NCBI GenBank assembly: GCA_977018835.1
Contig: OZ361258.1
Span: 186,001 to 250,000 of the forward strand
Source: Minutocellus sp. GHC0000111
Taxonomy: Eukaryota
DNA: 64,000 bases
Reading direction: 5' to 3'
This document shows positions 20,302-32,993 of this stretch, piece after piece. The notes beneath the pieces were generated by a model. The model was not told the origin of the DNA. It worked only from the letters and a program-made list of their open reading frames with translations, and did not search any database. Each line of letters opens with the position of its first letter. The first letter of the stretch is position 1. The position numbers were made by a program, and so were the translations under genes.

Positions 20302-21942
20302 TCAGCACAAGAGCAAACGGCCGATGCATGCTTTCTTCAACTCAGCACCCTTCTCCTCCTCGTCCATTATGAAGCTATCCGACTCCCCATCGTATACCTT
20401 AATCCCTTTCAACCAAGTTCCAATCACACGACCTCGCAAGTCCATATCAGCGAATACCCCACCCCCTTTCCACCTATGGTGCTCTGTACTGTGCTGTGAA
20501 GGCTTTCCTGTGTAAGATGCATCCCAAGCACACAAGTCAGCTTGCTGTCCGACGTCAATCGATCCCTTGAAAACTGGAAGTCTAGGCACAAGTCGAGAAG
20601 GTGCAGCCGACCACCACTCGGTCAAACGGGTGAGCATTACTTTGAGTTCTTCCTCCTCATCGTCGTTGGTTGCTTCAGTCCCCCCCGTTTCCATAATATA
20701 CTGATGCATAGCCATTGCCGTCGCTGGCAGCTGATATTGCAACCCTGTAAGACCTCCCCACGCCCTACGAACATTGTTGGTTCCTTGCAATCTCAAATCG
20801 GGTGTGCAGGGACTATGGTCTGATGCAATCATATCAATGAGTGGTAAATTATTGTCATCTTCGCCAAACAAACCTCGCCGCCAAAGCTCATTCTGATTGC
20901 ATTTTGATCGTATGGGCAGAAAGCATTTGTAGCGCGTGTCTCCGTCTGGCATCGATTCGACATCGAAAAGTAGATAGTGAGGGCAGGTCTCTACTGTGAG
21001 ATTTGCTGCTTTTGACGGTGTCTCAGATAGACGCCGCTTGGCTCGTTCGATAATATCTAAGCAACCAGAATCGCTCAAATGAACAATGTGCATGTGACAT
21101 CGATCGCTCAAATCACACACCACCTGCACGGCATTCTGTTCCCAAAGTGCTGGTCTTGACGCAACATGCGCCTCATAGCTACTATCGCTCTTGCCAGTAT
21201 ATGTTTCCTCGGCCTTTGCATCCTGCTGCTCTTGCGTCATGAGCTCACTGTGTACCAGGAGAGGCTTTCCTCGTTCACCACATATCGTAGCGGCAATCTC
21301 CAGCTGAGCGGGTGTAACCGTTTCGTATCCTGCATCTGGAGGAAGTGGAGCTAGAAATGCCTTGAGACCAAACACTCCACCATCCAATAAATTCTTGAGC
21401 TCCTCAATACCTTCTGGACTGCTCAGATTGGAGGGGACAGCACCGCCCCAAAGTCCTACGTCTGCCATCAGGCGCACGCTATGGGCAGCTCCAATCTCCT
21501 GCTTCAGTGCATCGACGGTGGTTGTCGCTGGGATGGAATTGAGAGGCATGCCCATCAAAGTTGTTATCCCACCCGCTGCAGCAGATCGCGTCGCTGTGTG
21601 ATATCCTTCCCAATGTCTACCCAGCTCAGAAATGTGACAATGAACATCGATAAGACCCGGACTGAGAGCGATGGGACACGTGTTATCGCTGGAAAGATCA
21701 GTGAGGACAAGATTTCGCTTCAGTGCAAGTTGTTTAGCATCGTTCAATGAAAACGTAGGGTGGATGGATTCGATGTGACCAGTCGATGATATTGTGATTG
21801 CCCCAGGTTGTGGACCACCACAGCGAGGAGGAAATGCAACGTGCGAAGCATAGATGATTTTTGGCAGCTGCTGTGATGAAGAAGCGAAACGTTGTGGGAT
21901 CCGGTGGATGCGGCGCACATGCAAATATCTCCAGAGTCGCAT
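20302..21942 (-). CDS. Allantoinase (amidohydrolase superfamily)
   Basis: PGLIDVHCH, WEGY.TATRSAAAGGITT, MPLNSIP, HIVHLS, ETCPHYL, SDHSP, AWGG. Confidence 0.92.
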   Translation of the reverse strand: MRLWRYLHVRRIHRIPQRFASSSQQLPKIIYASHVAFPPRCGGPQPGAITISSTGHIESIHPTFSLNDAKQLALKRNLVLTDLSSDNTCPIALSPGLIDVHCHISELGRHWEGYHTATRSAAAGGITTLMGMPLNSIPATTTVDALKQEIGAAHSVRLMADVGLWGGAVPSNLSSPEGIEELKNLLDGGVFGLKAFLAPLPPDAGYETVTPAQLEIAATICGERGKPLLVHSELMTQEQQDAKAEETYTGKSDSSYEAHVASRPALWEQNAVQVVCDLSDRCHMHIVHLSDSGCLDIIERAKRRLSETPSKAANLTVETCPHYLLFDVESMPDGDTRYKCFLPIRSKCNQNELWRRGLFGEDDNNLPLIDMIASDHSPCTPDLRLQGTNNVRRAWGGLTGLQYQLPATAMAMHQYIMETGGTEATNDDEEEELKVMLTRLTEWWSAAPSRLVPRLPVFKGSIDVGQQADLCAWDASYTGKPSQHSTEHHRWKGGGVFADMDLRGRVIGTWLKGIKVYDGESDSFIMDEEEKGAELKKACIGRLLLC

Positions 21943-22284
21943 GTTCTACTCAGACCTCGTCTTTTTAGCACTTTTACCGACGGGTATCGATGTCAGATTG
22001 AGAGACGATTTCTAACCAGATTTTAGAGGATGGATTCTACGTAGCTACATGTAGTACATCCCTTACCGAGAGGAAATCCAGATGAAGTACTTGTCTCACC
22101 ATAAGATTGTACGTATGATCGATGCCGCGATCAATCTCAGCTGATGACTGACGACATTTGCACATCATTCTCATTAGTAGGTGCTTCTCTCTCATCATTC
22201 ATTCGCATTGCGATCAGAGATCAGATGCAGAGGGCAAAATGGTCTGTCTGTCGCTACACTTCTTACACACATCCGTCTTGAAAA

Positions 22285-22292
22285 TGACGTCA
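22285..22292. promoter_or_regulatory. TGACGTCA palindrome in the divergent allantoinase/HSF intergenic region
   Basis: Exact 8-mer palindrome about 155 nt upstream of the HSF ATG. Confidence 0.3.
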
Positions 22293-22447
22293 GTGCGCTT
22301 TCTTGATATTTTTGACGACTGCCGGGACGAGTGGCCAGAACAGCTGCCAGAACGCTTTTCACACCGTTGATTCGACGACGATGCTCTGCGCTGGACAGTC
22401 TGTCGTTGTGTCACTGCCATAAAATACCGAAGCAAGCAAGACGAAAG

Positions 22448-23870
22448 ATGGAGACCAAACATGCCCCCCCATCGGCCTCGCTGCCACCGCCAGTTTCCCC
22501 AAGACGGGCAAGAGAGGGGCTCCCCAACAGCTTCCCCGCCGCCTCTACGAGATGCTCGAGATGGAAACGGCACGCCACGAACAGCAGCACCAGCAGCGGC
22601 AACAACAGCAACTGTCCGTTATTTCCGGTACCGGAGGTTACATGCACGGAACCAACCGCACAAGCATCGCGCTCTCCTCATCGCACAACCTCCGGCCGCC
22701 GCCATCGCTGCCGCCGCCAACCAGCCCCTCATCTCGTGGAGCCCGACCGGCCGGGCCTTCTTCATCACGGACAGCAAGCTCTTCGCCGAACGGGTCCTCC
22801 CCTCCTACTTCCGGACGTCGAAGTTCAGCAGCTTCCAGCGGAATCTCAACCTGTGAGTTTTTTTACCTGTTTCGAAGACACGTCGTAATGACGTGGAATG
22901 ACGTGGACCTTATGGAAAAGCGATCTGCGACACTTCTTGCGTCATTTTCTGGCCGTCCGAAAAGCGCGAAAAAAAGCGTACGGGGATTTCTGAAAGGCCT
23001 GATGAGGCCTTGTTTTTCGTCTGCATCTGGTGTAATTTGTGTGCTTTGGAAAATGACGCATGTTGCAAGAATATTCCGGACTTCTTCACTACATGCATGT
23101 TTCCCCACCGGCACTCTCACCATCCTCCCCGCCCACCCCACCAAAACACGCACAGGTATGGCTTCTCCAAGGTTCGCCGTGGCCCGGACATCGACATGTA
23201 TGCCCACCCGTCTTTCTTGCGGGGCAAGTCGGAGAATCTCGTCCAGCTCCGCAAGCTCACAACTGCCGCTGAGCGTCAACGAGCCGCAGAAGAGCTTGCC
23301 GAGTCTGTCGCCCAGCATTGTGGAGAGCATGATCAGCAGCTGCCGAGGATGATGTACCCGGGGACAATCGCCACATACGCTGCTGCAGCGCATATGGCAA
23401 CTGCGACTGCTGTACCGCCGATGTATCCTCCGCCCAAACGATCGGTATCCGTCACGTCGACCGACTACTTCTCGTCGTCGTCCTTCTCAGCCGCCTGCTA
23501 CGACACATCGGCAACATCCGAGGACTCCGAGGAGAACGGCAGTACAGCCAACATTGCAACAGGCTACAATGGCATCTCCATCTCCGATCTCATCCAATCG
23601 TATCAGAAGGGTGTCAATGCAAGGCCTGTGTCCTCCTCCTCGTCTATTGCGTCGTCGGTCGAAGTATCCGTACCGGTAGCATCAGCACCAACAACAACTG
23701 CTGCCGCCACAGAGCACCGCCAATCCAGCGAGCAGTCACAAACTGCAAACAGCGGTAGTGACAAAGCACAGCATAGCAAGAAGAGTCATTCCGCCGATTC
23801 TCTTCAAGATAACAAGCTGGCCCTCCTTGCCTTTGCTATGACGTCAATGGCTGGCCAGGAACTTCCATAA
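22448..23870 (+). CDS. Heat shock transcription factor (HSF DNA-binding domain), intron 22853-23155, two apparent homopolymer frameshifts
   Basis: FP(RR)LYEML ... ISWSPTGRAFFI ... LPSYFRTSKFSSFQRNLNL|YGFSK ... AHPSFLRG. Confidence 0.9.
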
Positions 23871-24171
23871 AAAGGCCGAGGTGACCGACCGAGGAAATGT
23901 GGACATAGCTACAACCGCATTATGATGAGCCGAGGTTACGGCACGTGCATACAACATACAATACGCTATTGCATAACTTTTAGGAACATTTTAAAACGCA
24001 CAGAAGTCGCGTGCTGCTGCAGCAGCAGCAGCATGCGACTTGACTTTTGCAACTTGACGTACGACATCACCCTCGTACGTACGCGATGCCGTAGGCCGCC
24101 CGATCGAAGGCCCGCATGCACATCATATCAAGGGTCGGGACGCGACGCCCTCCGTCCCCCATCTACGCAAG

Positions 24172-25650
24172 ATGGGGGCGCTACGTGGACGCAAGACAAG
24201 CTTCTTTCTATTTATATTATGTGCAGCACTATCCAGTGGCGCCAACGGTCAGGTGTTTGGCATTGGTCGCACCAAGAAGGTTGATACCGACGTCACGTCC
24301 AGAAGGAGTAAGGGCGACGCCCGTCCCCTTTGGAAGAGGAGCCGGAAGGCTGCTGCGGCAGCCATTGAGGACATTACCGACATGGCCGAGGATGTCATGG
24401 AAGATATGCAGGACTTTGTCGAGGATGTTGGGGAAATGGTAGTGGCGTCTCCTGTGTTCGCTGGCAAGGTCAGACCAGCCCTAAAAAAATTGGCCCTCAC
24501 CAAGGAAAAGGTTGCAACTGTAACCAAGGCAATTGGTGATGCCACTCAGCTGGATGATTTGGCATTCCTCGGTGTGATGGGATGGGCGCTGGTACCTGCG
24601 GTTGAATTCTTTTACGAGCTTGGCGATGATGAAGAAGACGACGAGTCTGCTGAAGCAAATGTTACAAACGGCGACGGTAACGACGACGCAAATACAGCAG
24701 CAGCCAAGGGCAAAGATGCCACAACAGCGAAAAAGCCGTTCCTCAAATCCATTGCATTCCAGATTGCTGACCATGTCTCGCAATTTTGTAAGATCGGCGT
24801 TGCCGTTTATGCTGTCGATGTCTTGGAAATACTGCTGGCCAGCCTAGGATTCAACTTTAAAAATTTGGATCAGCTCTCGGAAGCTTTTGCCAAGGTCGCA
24901 TACTCTGTGTGGGCTGCCGAAAGAATCAAAATCTTCAAGCGATATCTCATCAGCAAAGCAGTCCATCGGCCGGTGCACAACCTCGGAAGAGCAGGAATTG
25001 CGGACCACATTCTTGATGCTGCGCTTTATGGACTGACAGCATTTTTTCTGTTGGATTGGTTAGATGTAGAATTGGGTCTCGGAATCAAGTCCATGCTCAC
25101 CTTTGGTTCTGCAGGTACACTTGTCGTGTCACTTGCTAGTAAAGACATTGCAGGGCAAGTTATCAATGGACTCGGGCTGGCGGCGTCTGACAAGCTTTAT
25201 GAAGGTGAGCGCATCCGCCTCGACAGCGGTATCGTCGGGGTGGTTGAAAAAATGGGGTGGATGGAGACGACCATCCGGATGGATGATGAGCACTTCCTCG
25301 CAATGGGAAACACGGAACTGTCGAACAAACGCATTATCAATCTATCTCGGACCAAGCAGTCCACTGTGCACCAAACGCTTCGATTTAGCTATGACGACAT
25401 TGAAGTTCTACCGCAAGTGTTAGAAAATATCAAAACATCCATACGTAACGCCTGTCCCGAGCTCATAGACGACGGCTCTCGTCCATTTCGAGCAGTTTGG
25501 AGCGACTATGGGAGCAATTACCTCGAGGTTCAAGTTGAAGCGCACTTTAATATTCCTCCCATCAGCCCCAAGTACCACGCTAACAAAGAGAAGATGCTCC
25601 ACGCAATCAATGGGGCTGTGAAAGATAGCGGAATTCGGTTCAAGGCTTGA
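24172..25650 (+). CDS. MscS-family mechanosensitive channel
   Basis: Signal peptide, TM helices, GSAGTLVVSLASKDI, GVVEKMGWMETTIR, N.EL....I.NLSR. Confidence 0.88.
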   Translation: MGALRGRKTSFFLFILCAALSSGANGQVFGIGRTKKVDTDVTSRRSKGDARPLWKRSRKAAAAAIEDITDMAEDVMEDMQDFVEDVGEMVVASPVFAGKVRPALKKLALTKEKVATVTKAIGDATQLDDLAFLGVMGWALVPAVEFFYELGDDEEDDESAEANVTNGDGNDDANTAAAKGKDATTAKKPFLKSIAFQIADHVSQFCKIGVAVYAVDVLEILLASLGFNFKNLDQLSEAFAKVAYSVWAAERIKIFKRYLISKAVHRPVHNLGRAGIADHILDAALYGLTAFFLLDWLDVELGLGIKSMLTFGSAGTLVVSLASKDIAGQVINGLGLAASDKLYEGERIRLDSGIVGVVEKMGWMETTIRMDDEHFLAMGNTELSNKRIINLSRTKQSTVHQTLRFSYDDIEVLPQVLENIKTSIRNACPELIDDGSRPFRAVWSDYGSNYLEVQVEAHFNIPPISPKYHANKEKMLHAINGAVKDSGIRFKA

Positions 25651-25941
25651 AGCTGTAATGGCTCTAGGTAGATCTTATGATGTTTATCCTACTAGCGGCA
25701 TTCTTTGCTTATTTGTAATATGATGTTTATTCCTACTAGCTAGGAGTTAGCAGATAGCAAAAGAAGGTTGCATCACAAAAAATACTATGGCCGTTTACCG
25801 ACGTTCTTCTAAACTCTAGTCTAGTAGATATGTAACTACTCCTAGCTAGTCTAGCTATGTAGCAACGTAAGGGACCGATTGGTATGCGAGACCCCACACT
25901 GGAGTGGGCATCTACACAAACGGCATTGATAAAACACATCC

Positions 25942-28900
25942 TCATCGTCGTTCCTGCTGAAAATGCGAATCGTTTGGATTCGATGCGCCAGGAAATGGCA
26001 TGCCATTCATATTCATTCCTTGTCCCATCATTGGTGGTGGTGGTGGTGGTGGCTGCGACTGTCCGCCGCCACTGCTAGGTCCACCTCGACCTTGCATCTG
26101 ATGAATAGGATATGCTTGGCCAGAATATCCTTGAGCGGGTTGCCCCTGCAACTGCATTTGCTGATACTGAGGCTGCATCGGAGATTGCACTTGCTGTGAG
26201 GCAGCTGCTTGCTGTTGAGCAGCGAAATACATTTGCTGTTGCTGTTGTTGTTGGTAGAATCGATGCTGCTGCTGCTGCTGGTATACATTTTGTTGGATCC
26301 GCTGCTGCTGTGGTGGAGGAGGGGGCTGGGGAATGGCCATCTGTGCCTCGTTGAAGGGTGGGATATTCCCCGTACGAACCTCTGCTCCTTTATAGCTATT
26401 TCTCTGATGACCTGGGCTTGAAGTGCTGGTGGAATTGGAGTTGCCATCGAAGACCGTGAGTACTGATTTGGCATCGCGGCTGGTTGGCTGGAAGGAAAGT
26501 TTTGCATCGGTGCAGGAGGTTGGGGTAAGGGGTCCATTTGCCTTGACGTGTTCGGATGCTTGACCTCTTTTTTTGAAGAAGAGCTCGTAGGAGCGTGTGA
26601 TTTCTCCCCAGAAGCGGCGTTTGTTCCTTTGGGTTTCGATGCCGAGGAAGTGGCCCCGGCATTGCCAGAGCTGGTTTCCTTATACTTCTTTGAAGGAGTG
26701 GCTTTGCTGGTTCGTCGCTTCTTTGCATTCCCGCTTCCCTGTTTTCTCTCCTTTGACGCTCCCCTACTATTAGTTCTCTTTCTGCTGGTAGACGCCGAGG
26801 ATGATTTTCGTTTCTTGGCTACGAAGCTGTAACCTTTCAACATCTCTTCTTCACTGACATTCATCGGGTCAAGGCCAAGGCCGTGCATCTTATGAGCGTT
26901 TACATTGCTGGGAGATATGCCCGCCGGATGTGTTTCAGCTGGGGCGCTGGCCCGCGAAAGATCGGATAAAGGATTGCATAACAACCGTAACTGACTTCTT
27001 TGCATCATGAGTGCTGTCTGGCGGCCGGGGGCAGACAAGCATTCGGAAAGAAGAGTTTCACGTAGCGGATCGCCACGACTTGCGACTGTTGAGGATGGCA
27101 AAATACCCAACGCGGATGCAGATGTCGCCATTTTCTTTCTCGGAACGTCTAGGGCCAATTTCCAACCCGGTTCAGCCCATCGTTCAGAGGAAGAAGATGT
27201 CTTGGGAGCTTTCGGAAGGCGAGGGAAATCTTCAGCTGGATGCAACGAAAGGAGAAGCCTTTGCTCAGCGCGTAGTGCCTGGTCTTGGAGCGTACTCTGG
27301 TCTGATTTTGCACTGGCTGTTTGATCCAGAGCTAATTTCTTCTCTAGCACCATCTTGACATCGGAAAATATACTCCTTCTCGATGGTCGTAAGGTTATCT
27401 GCACGCGACGTCTTTGCATCCTCATGACGAGAGATCGCTTGAGCGAGTCTGGCCAATCCTCCGCATCATCTTCGCCGTCTTTCCAGGCCGTCCGATGATT
27501 GAAGAAATTATTGTGACGCTTTGACTCAAGATGAGACCTTCTCTTGTCGGCAGTAATGCGAAGTATGTCGAGAACACCGCTAACTCTCGCCTTAGCGATG
27601 CCCTCTTCCTCATCCTCAGTGACAATATTAGTCGTCTTTGTCGTGCCACTAATAGTATGGGATTTCTTGGAGGGCTTCGCATCCTTCTCCATCTCCGCTT
27701 TCTTAATCGCTCTCTGGAGAGAGTGTTCAGCAGATCCCGCCTTCTTTTTCGCCTGAGACAATGCCTTCTTTAGAGCAGATTCTGCAGCCTTTGTCTCCTC
27801 AACCCTCTCCTGAAGCTCTGCCACAGATTTATTGCGCCCTTCTAAAGTCTCGCGGTATTTATCAAGCATCGCCAATAGCCTCTCTCTATAATCCTGGGGG
27901 GTAACGTTATTCAAGGACCCATCAGCATTGAAGTATGCAGAGGCTTTCTCTTTGAACTGAAGAGGGAAAAGAGACGTAAGAAAACGAGTGTGAAGGAGTG
28001 CAAAAGGTTGGTACGGTAAGAAGGTACAAGTAGATAAGTGAAATAGGTCGGTTCAAATGCAAAGCATTCAAGCACTGACGGCAGATTGAGAACGTGGTAA
28101 AACGCGAGGTCAACAGATATGTCACATGGAACGTACAATGCTGAGTTGTTCACTCGATTCCTTTTGCAGTTTCTCCTCTTTCTTCAATTTATCAACACAT
28201 TCACTTCTCTCCTGCGCCGCAATTTCTAACTCCTCCCGCGCATTAGATACGACCTTTTGTGCGTCTTGCACTTTCTCCCGAAGCTCGGCAACCCTTCGTT
28301 TGGCCCGGATCCCTTCTTGCTCCTTCGCTGCGTTTGTTCTCATAATCGAGGCCAGCTCCTCGCTGGTGCGCATATCCGTTACCATGCACCGAACCTGCCC
28401 TGCTTGCAGAGAGCCACTGTAGGGGATGCGATCCCAACCGAACCCCTCCGGAACTTCACCGCACAAGATTGAGTGCAAGATTTGACGGGCCTTGAATCCC
28501 CACGGTAAAAAAGTGTGATACCTCTTGGCCACGTCGTCCTTACAGTCGCTCGTTCCGCCCTTACTTTTTGAATCACCGGATGGACTCGATGCGCGCGGCA
28601 TCAGAACGATTCCCTCGTTATGGACTTCTACCTGTAGCACAACAGATTGCATATTCAAGGCCCCTTTCCGACGTTTCTGACGCAGAACACTGTCGCTGTC
28701 GTCGTCATGGAAGAAAGATTGATAAGCTGCATTCGCCACATGCTCCTGGGCGTGACTGTGGTGATGGTGATGATGGCGATGGTGACCATGGTGATGTTCC
28801 TTCTTTTCACTACTAGAGCCATGATGGTGATGTTTCTTTGGAGGTGTAGAACTTCTTGATCGAGATGCCGGCGAGGTATCTTCTCTTGCCCCATCTATAT

Positions 28901-30506
28901 CCCTGGAAGTTGACCGAGGAGGCGAGACCGACGACGATTCAGACACGGCGGGAGGAGGTAACTTAGGTGGGGGGAATCTTCGTAATACATCTTCTCTCCT
29001 CTTCTTAAACTGTTCTTCAAAACGGCGGTTCTGTCTGCGCATATCTTGTTCCTCCGTCGCCCGAAACTTGGTAATGAAGCGCTGGATCGTGACATCCATT
29101 TCTTTGTTCCGTTTCTCATGATGTTTTTGGAGTTGCGCTGGACAAAATTAGAAAGGAGAGCAAACGAAACGGGCGTGGCATTAGTCAAAGGCAAATGACA
29201 AAGTAAACGCCAACGGCTAACTCGACCAATATTTCACATCATATCAAAGATGAGTACACCTACCCTTCTGCAAAGCAAACTGCGCATCAGCCTTATTGTG
29301 TATTTCTTCCGCCTTGGCCTGCAGTTCTGCCTGCATCCTGCTGGCACTCGCAGCGAGCTGCTGTTGGCGGCCTGCCCATCTGCGAGAGGCGTCTTCCCGC
29401 GATATTCCCCCCTCGCGTATCAACTGATGTAATTCGTTCTGCGCTTCCTGGAAATCCATCTTCTGCTTTTTCACCACGATCTCCTGACCCCGCACCACCC
29501 GGGCTTCGTTGAGCCGCCGCTTCTCCTGATACTGCGCCTGCGCGTCTTCCCTCTGCTTCTGCTGCTTCGTAAGGTTGTGCTGACGGACGGCATCAATCTT
29601 GGCCCTGACTTCTACCCGTGCCTTCGGAGCCTTTGCCTTGGCCCTCTCCTCGAACTTTTTCCGCTCCTCGGCCTCCTCTGCGTCAAGGCGGGCCAGCGCC
29701 GCTTCCCTCCGCTCGGCCGCCTTGGCAGACGCAAAGGCGGCGTAAACGGGATCCTGCTCTTCGTGTGTTTCAGAATAGAAGTTGAGCGAGTTCTCGAACT
29801 CGACCGCGTACTGTTCGGCATCACCTAGTATACGAAGGACTTCATCATCATCGCCTTCTCCATCGGACAGTTCCATGTCCGCACCACCGAACGAGCCAGC
29901 CCCTGAGGAGGGGCCAAAGAAGGCCGCGGCACCAATCTCATCGTCAGTTAGCGCTGGGACTCGCATGTCCAACGAGACCAAATCGCCGCTCCGACCACCA
30001 AAAGCCGACCGGATTGGCCTCTTGGAAAGACCGGTTGGGATGCCCGCCTTTGCCTTCCTCTTGGCTTGGTCAGCAGTTGATGCCGGCGCAGTAGCAGTGT
30101 TGAGACGTATCTGGAAAACGGCGGTGGCCGATGGTCCTGCTTTAGCCTTCTGCTTCAGATTCTTCTTTTTGAACCGCTTCCTCATCTTCGGGAGAGATGT
30201 GCTCGTAAATCCCTCGAATGCCTCGCCGAGCTCGACGGCTGGATCAACATCATCCCGTGCAGCAGCAGCAGCACGCCTCGGTTCCGCATCCGATTTGGGC
30301 GTCTCCGTCGGCTGGCTGGATGCGTCGGCCGTCATGCCTTTGGCTGATGCCGCCGGCGTGCTCTGGTCTTCTCCTCCCGCTGCTACCGCCGGATGCGGAC
30401 TGGCCCCGCTTGATTGATCACCACCCTCGGTTTTAGTAGAGTCCCCCGGCGGTTGCTGAGCCAGCGTGTCCTCGTTGCGCGCCTCCTCTTCTTCAACAGG
30501 TTCCAT
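25942..30506 (-). CDS. Large multi-exon coiled-coil / Gln-rich protein of unknown function (introns 29138-29263, 27957-28136; frameshift near 26356)
   Basis: GT-AG introns join ORFs 29244-30617, 28122-29099 and 26028-27914 in frame; His tract, Lys-rich region, poly-Q/P C-terminus. Confidence 0.75.
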
Positions 30507-31057
30507 ACTTCGATTCGATTTGGCAGCGCTGAGCGGCGAGCGGCACGTCACGCGCGCGGCGATTTGTGATTGGCCGGTTAAAGGCGGACGGAGATTCTGA
30601 CGCCGACAAAGCCACACAACCGATTGATGCAGCTGCTACCACACTACAACTGAGCAATTGTCAGGCAGGCAACAAGGAATGTCGGGGGGAGGCAGGATAG
30701 GAGGCAGTGGACGACGTTTTTGACGTTTCAGTTTGCATGCTTCGATCTTTCGCTCCCGAGCAGCAGTTCTTTCTTTTTCATGCAATAGTGACATCATATC
30801 ACAAGGTTCGCGCGCACTTGCGCATGCACCCGACCCCCGCCCTGCGCCAACGGTTCGCAAACAAAGCCGCCCGCCAGGCAGAACTCTGAAGTCAGCTTGA
30901 TGTGACACCCACCGCTATGGAGCAGGTCGTGAAGGGCTCGAAAGTCGCAGCACCAGCCAGGAACGAGGAGACGCAGTAAAATACAATCACAGGAACTACG
31001 ATCGTATCACCAACCAAAATAACATTACACACAACAAACTACATGTACAGAATCACG

Positions 31058-31865
31058 ATGTGCTGGTCAAGGAACGTGTCAATCACCACAGTGGCCGTGG
31101 AGGCGCTCTGCATGGCGTACATAGTCCATCGATCCTTCAGCGTCAACGAATCCAAAGCTGAGAGCATATCGACTGCATTTGCCAGTAATGGCAGGTATCA
31201 TCATAATGGAAGCCATCGAAGCAATCTTATGGTCACGGCCGGACGAACTTCTTCCCATCGACGAGGCATCTGCATCGCTGGCAACATCCCCCTGTCCCAC
31301 CCGCAATGCTGTCCTCACAACGTTCGTTTGGATGGCCATCCTGCCGTGGCAGCCCTATCTAATCCTGACAGCAGAACGTCGATGGCCCATGAATGACCAG
31401 CACACTCGAGATCTACTGCGCGGACCGGAGCTCCTCGCAGTCGTCCTTGCCCTTACATTCGATGCCTTCGCGGCATACTCCTCGATCGCACCCGGTCCAT
31501 TCCGTACGTTGGAGGATTCTGGTCTGAGGGGATACATGTCATCTCAGACTTGCACATACGTCGGTCTGCACCATCACCTGCATTGGTCGATTCGCCTTGT
31601 TGATACCTTCCTCACGCCAGATGTATTTTCGTACGTCTTACTTTGGAGCGCTACCTTATTCTTCCGCCCGATATTGCACAACGCTGCCTTCTTTGCAATA
31701 ATGGTATTCCTCGGACAGTCGTTTTACTATGGAAGCTTTGAAGCGGGATCGGTGTGGTGCTGGCTTTGCATTCTCGTTTTCCTCGGAGGGGCTCTGCAGG
31801 TCCACCGGATACCCCTTCACGACAAACCAATCGAGAATCAGCAGATGTGTGCGAAGAAGAGCTAA
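31058..31865 (+). CDS. Multi-pass membrane protein, MCWS...GSxWCW family (DUF5765-like); 1-nt frameshift near 31155
   Basis: N-terminal MCWS, several TM helices, HLHW, C-terminal GSVWCW; intronless. Confidence 0.6.
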
Positions 31866-32412
31866 CAGAATGCAGACGGCGAAGGCACCGTCACGCCATT
31901 GGAACGGCGGGTGTAACATATGGTCGACCTCGGGGCGTCAGGGGTATGGATCGGTGCGAGGGGATGATTGCTGCGCCGGGATGGCCCTTCTCAAGTGATG
32001 CGAAATGCCAGCGAAACGTTCTGATCAAAGTCCCGTCCGAGAGGAATCTTCTAGCCCTTGGCGAAAGAACGAGGTGGATGTACCGATCTATGACCAATAT
32101 TGCAGAATCTTTTGACCGATCTAGACATCGTGGAATCGTGTCGCCCGGTGTTGCACGCCGTCGCTGTCCGACTAAGAGATCTCAGAGCCATTTGGGTTTG
32201 ATGGACAGCTCGGACAAATCTAGAAGGCTTACGAGGTCAGATTCGCGAGAAATCGAGCGCCCGGTTTTTGACTGCTTTCGAGGGGATTGAAAAGCGCCTC
32301 GAAGAATAGTCATGCTGAAATATTTAAGAAAATGGCTATTTTTACTCTAATTTTGATTTATCTTCATATGAAACAATAATTCGGATAAGACTTTAGATTT
32401 CAGCGGCTCTAA

Positions 32413-32975
32413 TCAAATGGACGCGTTCGTGCGACGCGACGGTTCGGCCTCCATCTCGTCTTCATCTTGAACGATGGCATGATACTCGCCTCGGATCGGC
32501 AGTACGATGCATTCGTCCCGGATCTCGCACCACAGCCAATCCGGGATGAGCTTGAGCTTCTTTAGCTCCCACTTCACGCCGTTGAACTTGTAGATGAAGG
32601 TAACTGAGGAGTGGAACATCTCCGCGGCCTTGTCGTACACCGATTCAGTTATTGCCACGACATCATCCATGTCGAGGGGCATGTTCTCGGCCCTTATCGC
32701 CCGGCAGACGAGTCGACTGACGACATTGAGGAGCATGTGCTTCTCAAAATCCTCGGGCCCGTCAATCTTGAGAGTTTTCTCCTGCTCAATGATGATGGCC
32801 AAGACAGCGGTGAGTATGTGTTCAATCCATTTGTGTCTCGGGCGGAAGTCGAAGCTGAGCATTTCGATGACGCGATCGGCATACTTGGACCGGTATACTG
32901 CTTCCCAACGAGTGCCGATGATTCATCTGATTCGGCCGCCTTCCGTTCTGTCATCGACGATCTTGCAACGGCGAC
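32413..32975 (-). pseudogene. Second (cargo) ORF inside the mariner element, with an in-frame TGA and no clear 5' end
   Basis: ORF 32413-32862 extends upstream in frame through one TGA into the frame of ORF 32923-33117. Confidence 0.45.
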
Positions 32976-32993
32976 CCGGCGGTATACTGCACC

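Noticed and set aside
22448..23870. Calling HSF and other frameshifted host genes pseudogenes or programmed frameshifts
   Set aside because: Indels fall in homopolymers, motifs are otherwise intact and no slippery-site pattern is shared; assembly error is more parsimonious.
25676..25740. 21-22 bp direct repeat in the MscS 3' region
   Set aside because: Small local duplication; no TIRs or element between the copies.
31870..32229. ORF 31754-32290 as a gene or part of the mariner
   Set aside because: Lies mostly outside the TIR, has no motifs and overlaps another CDS.
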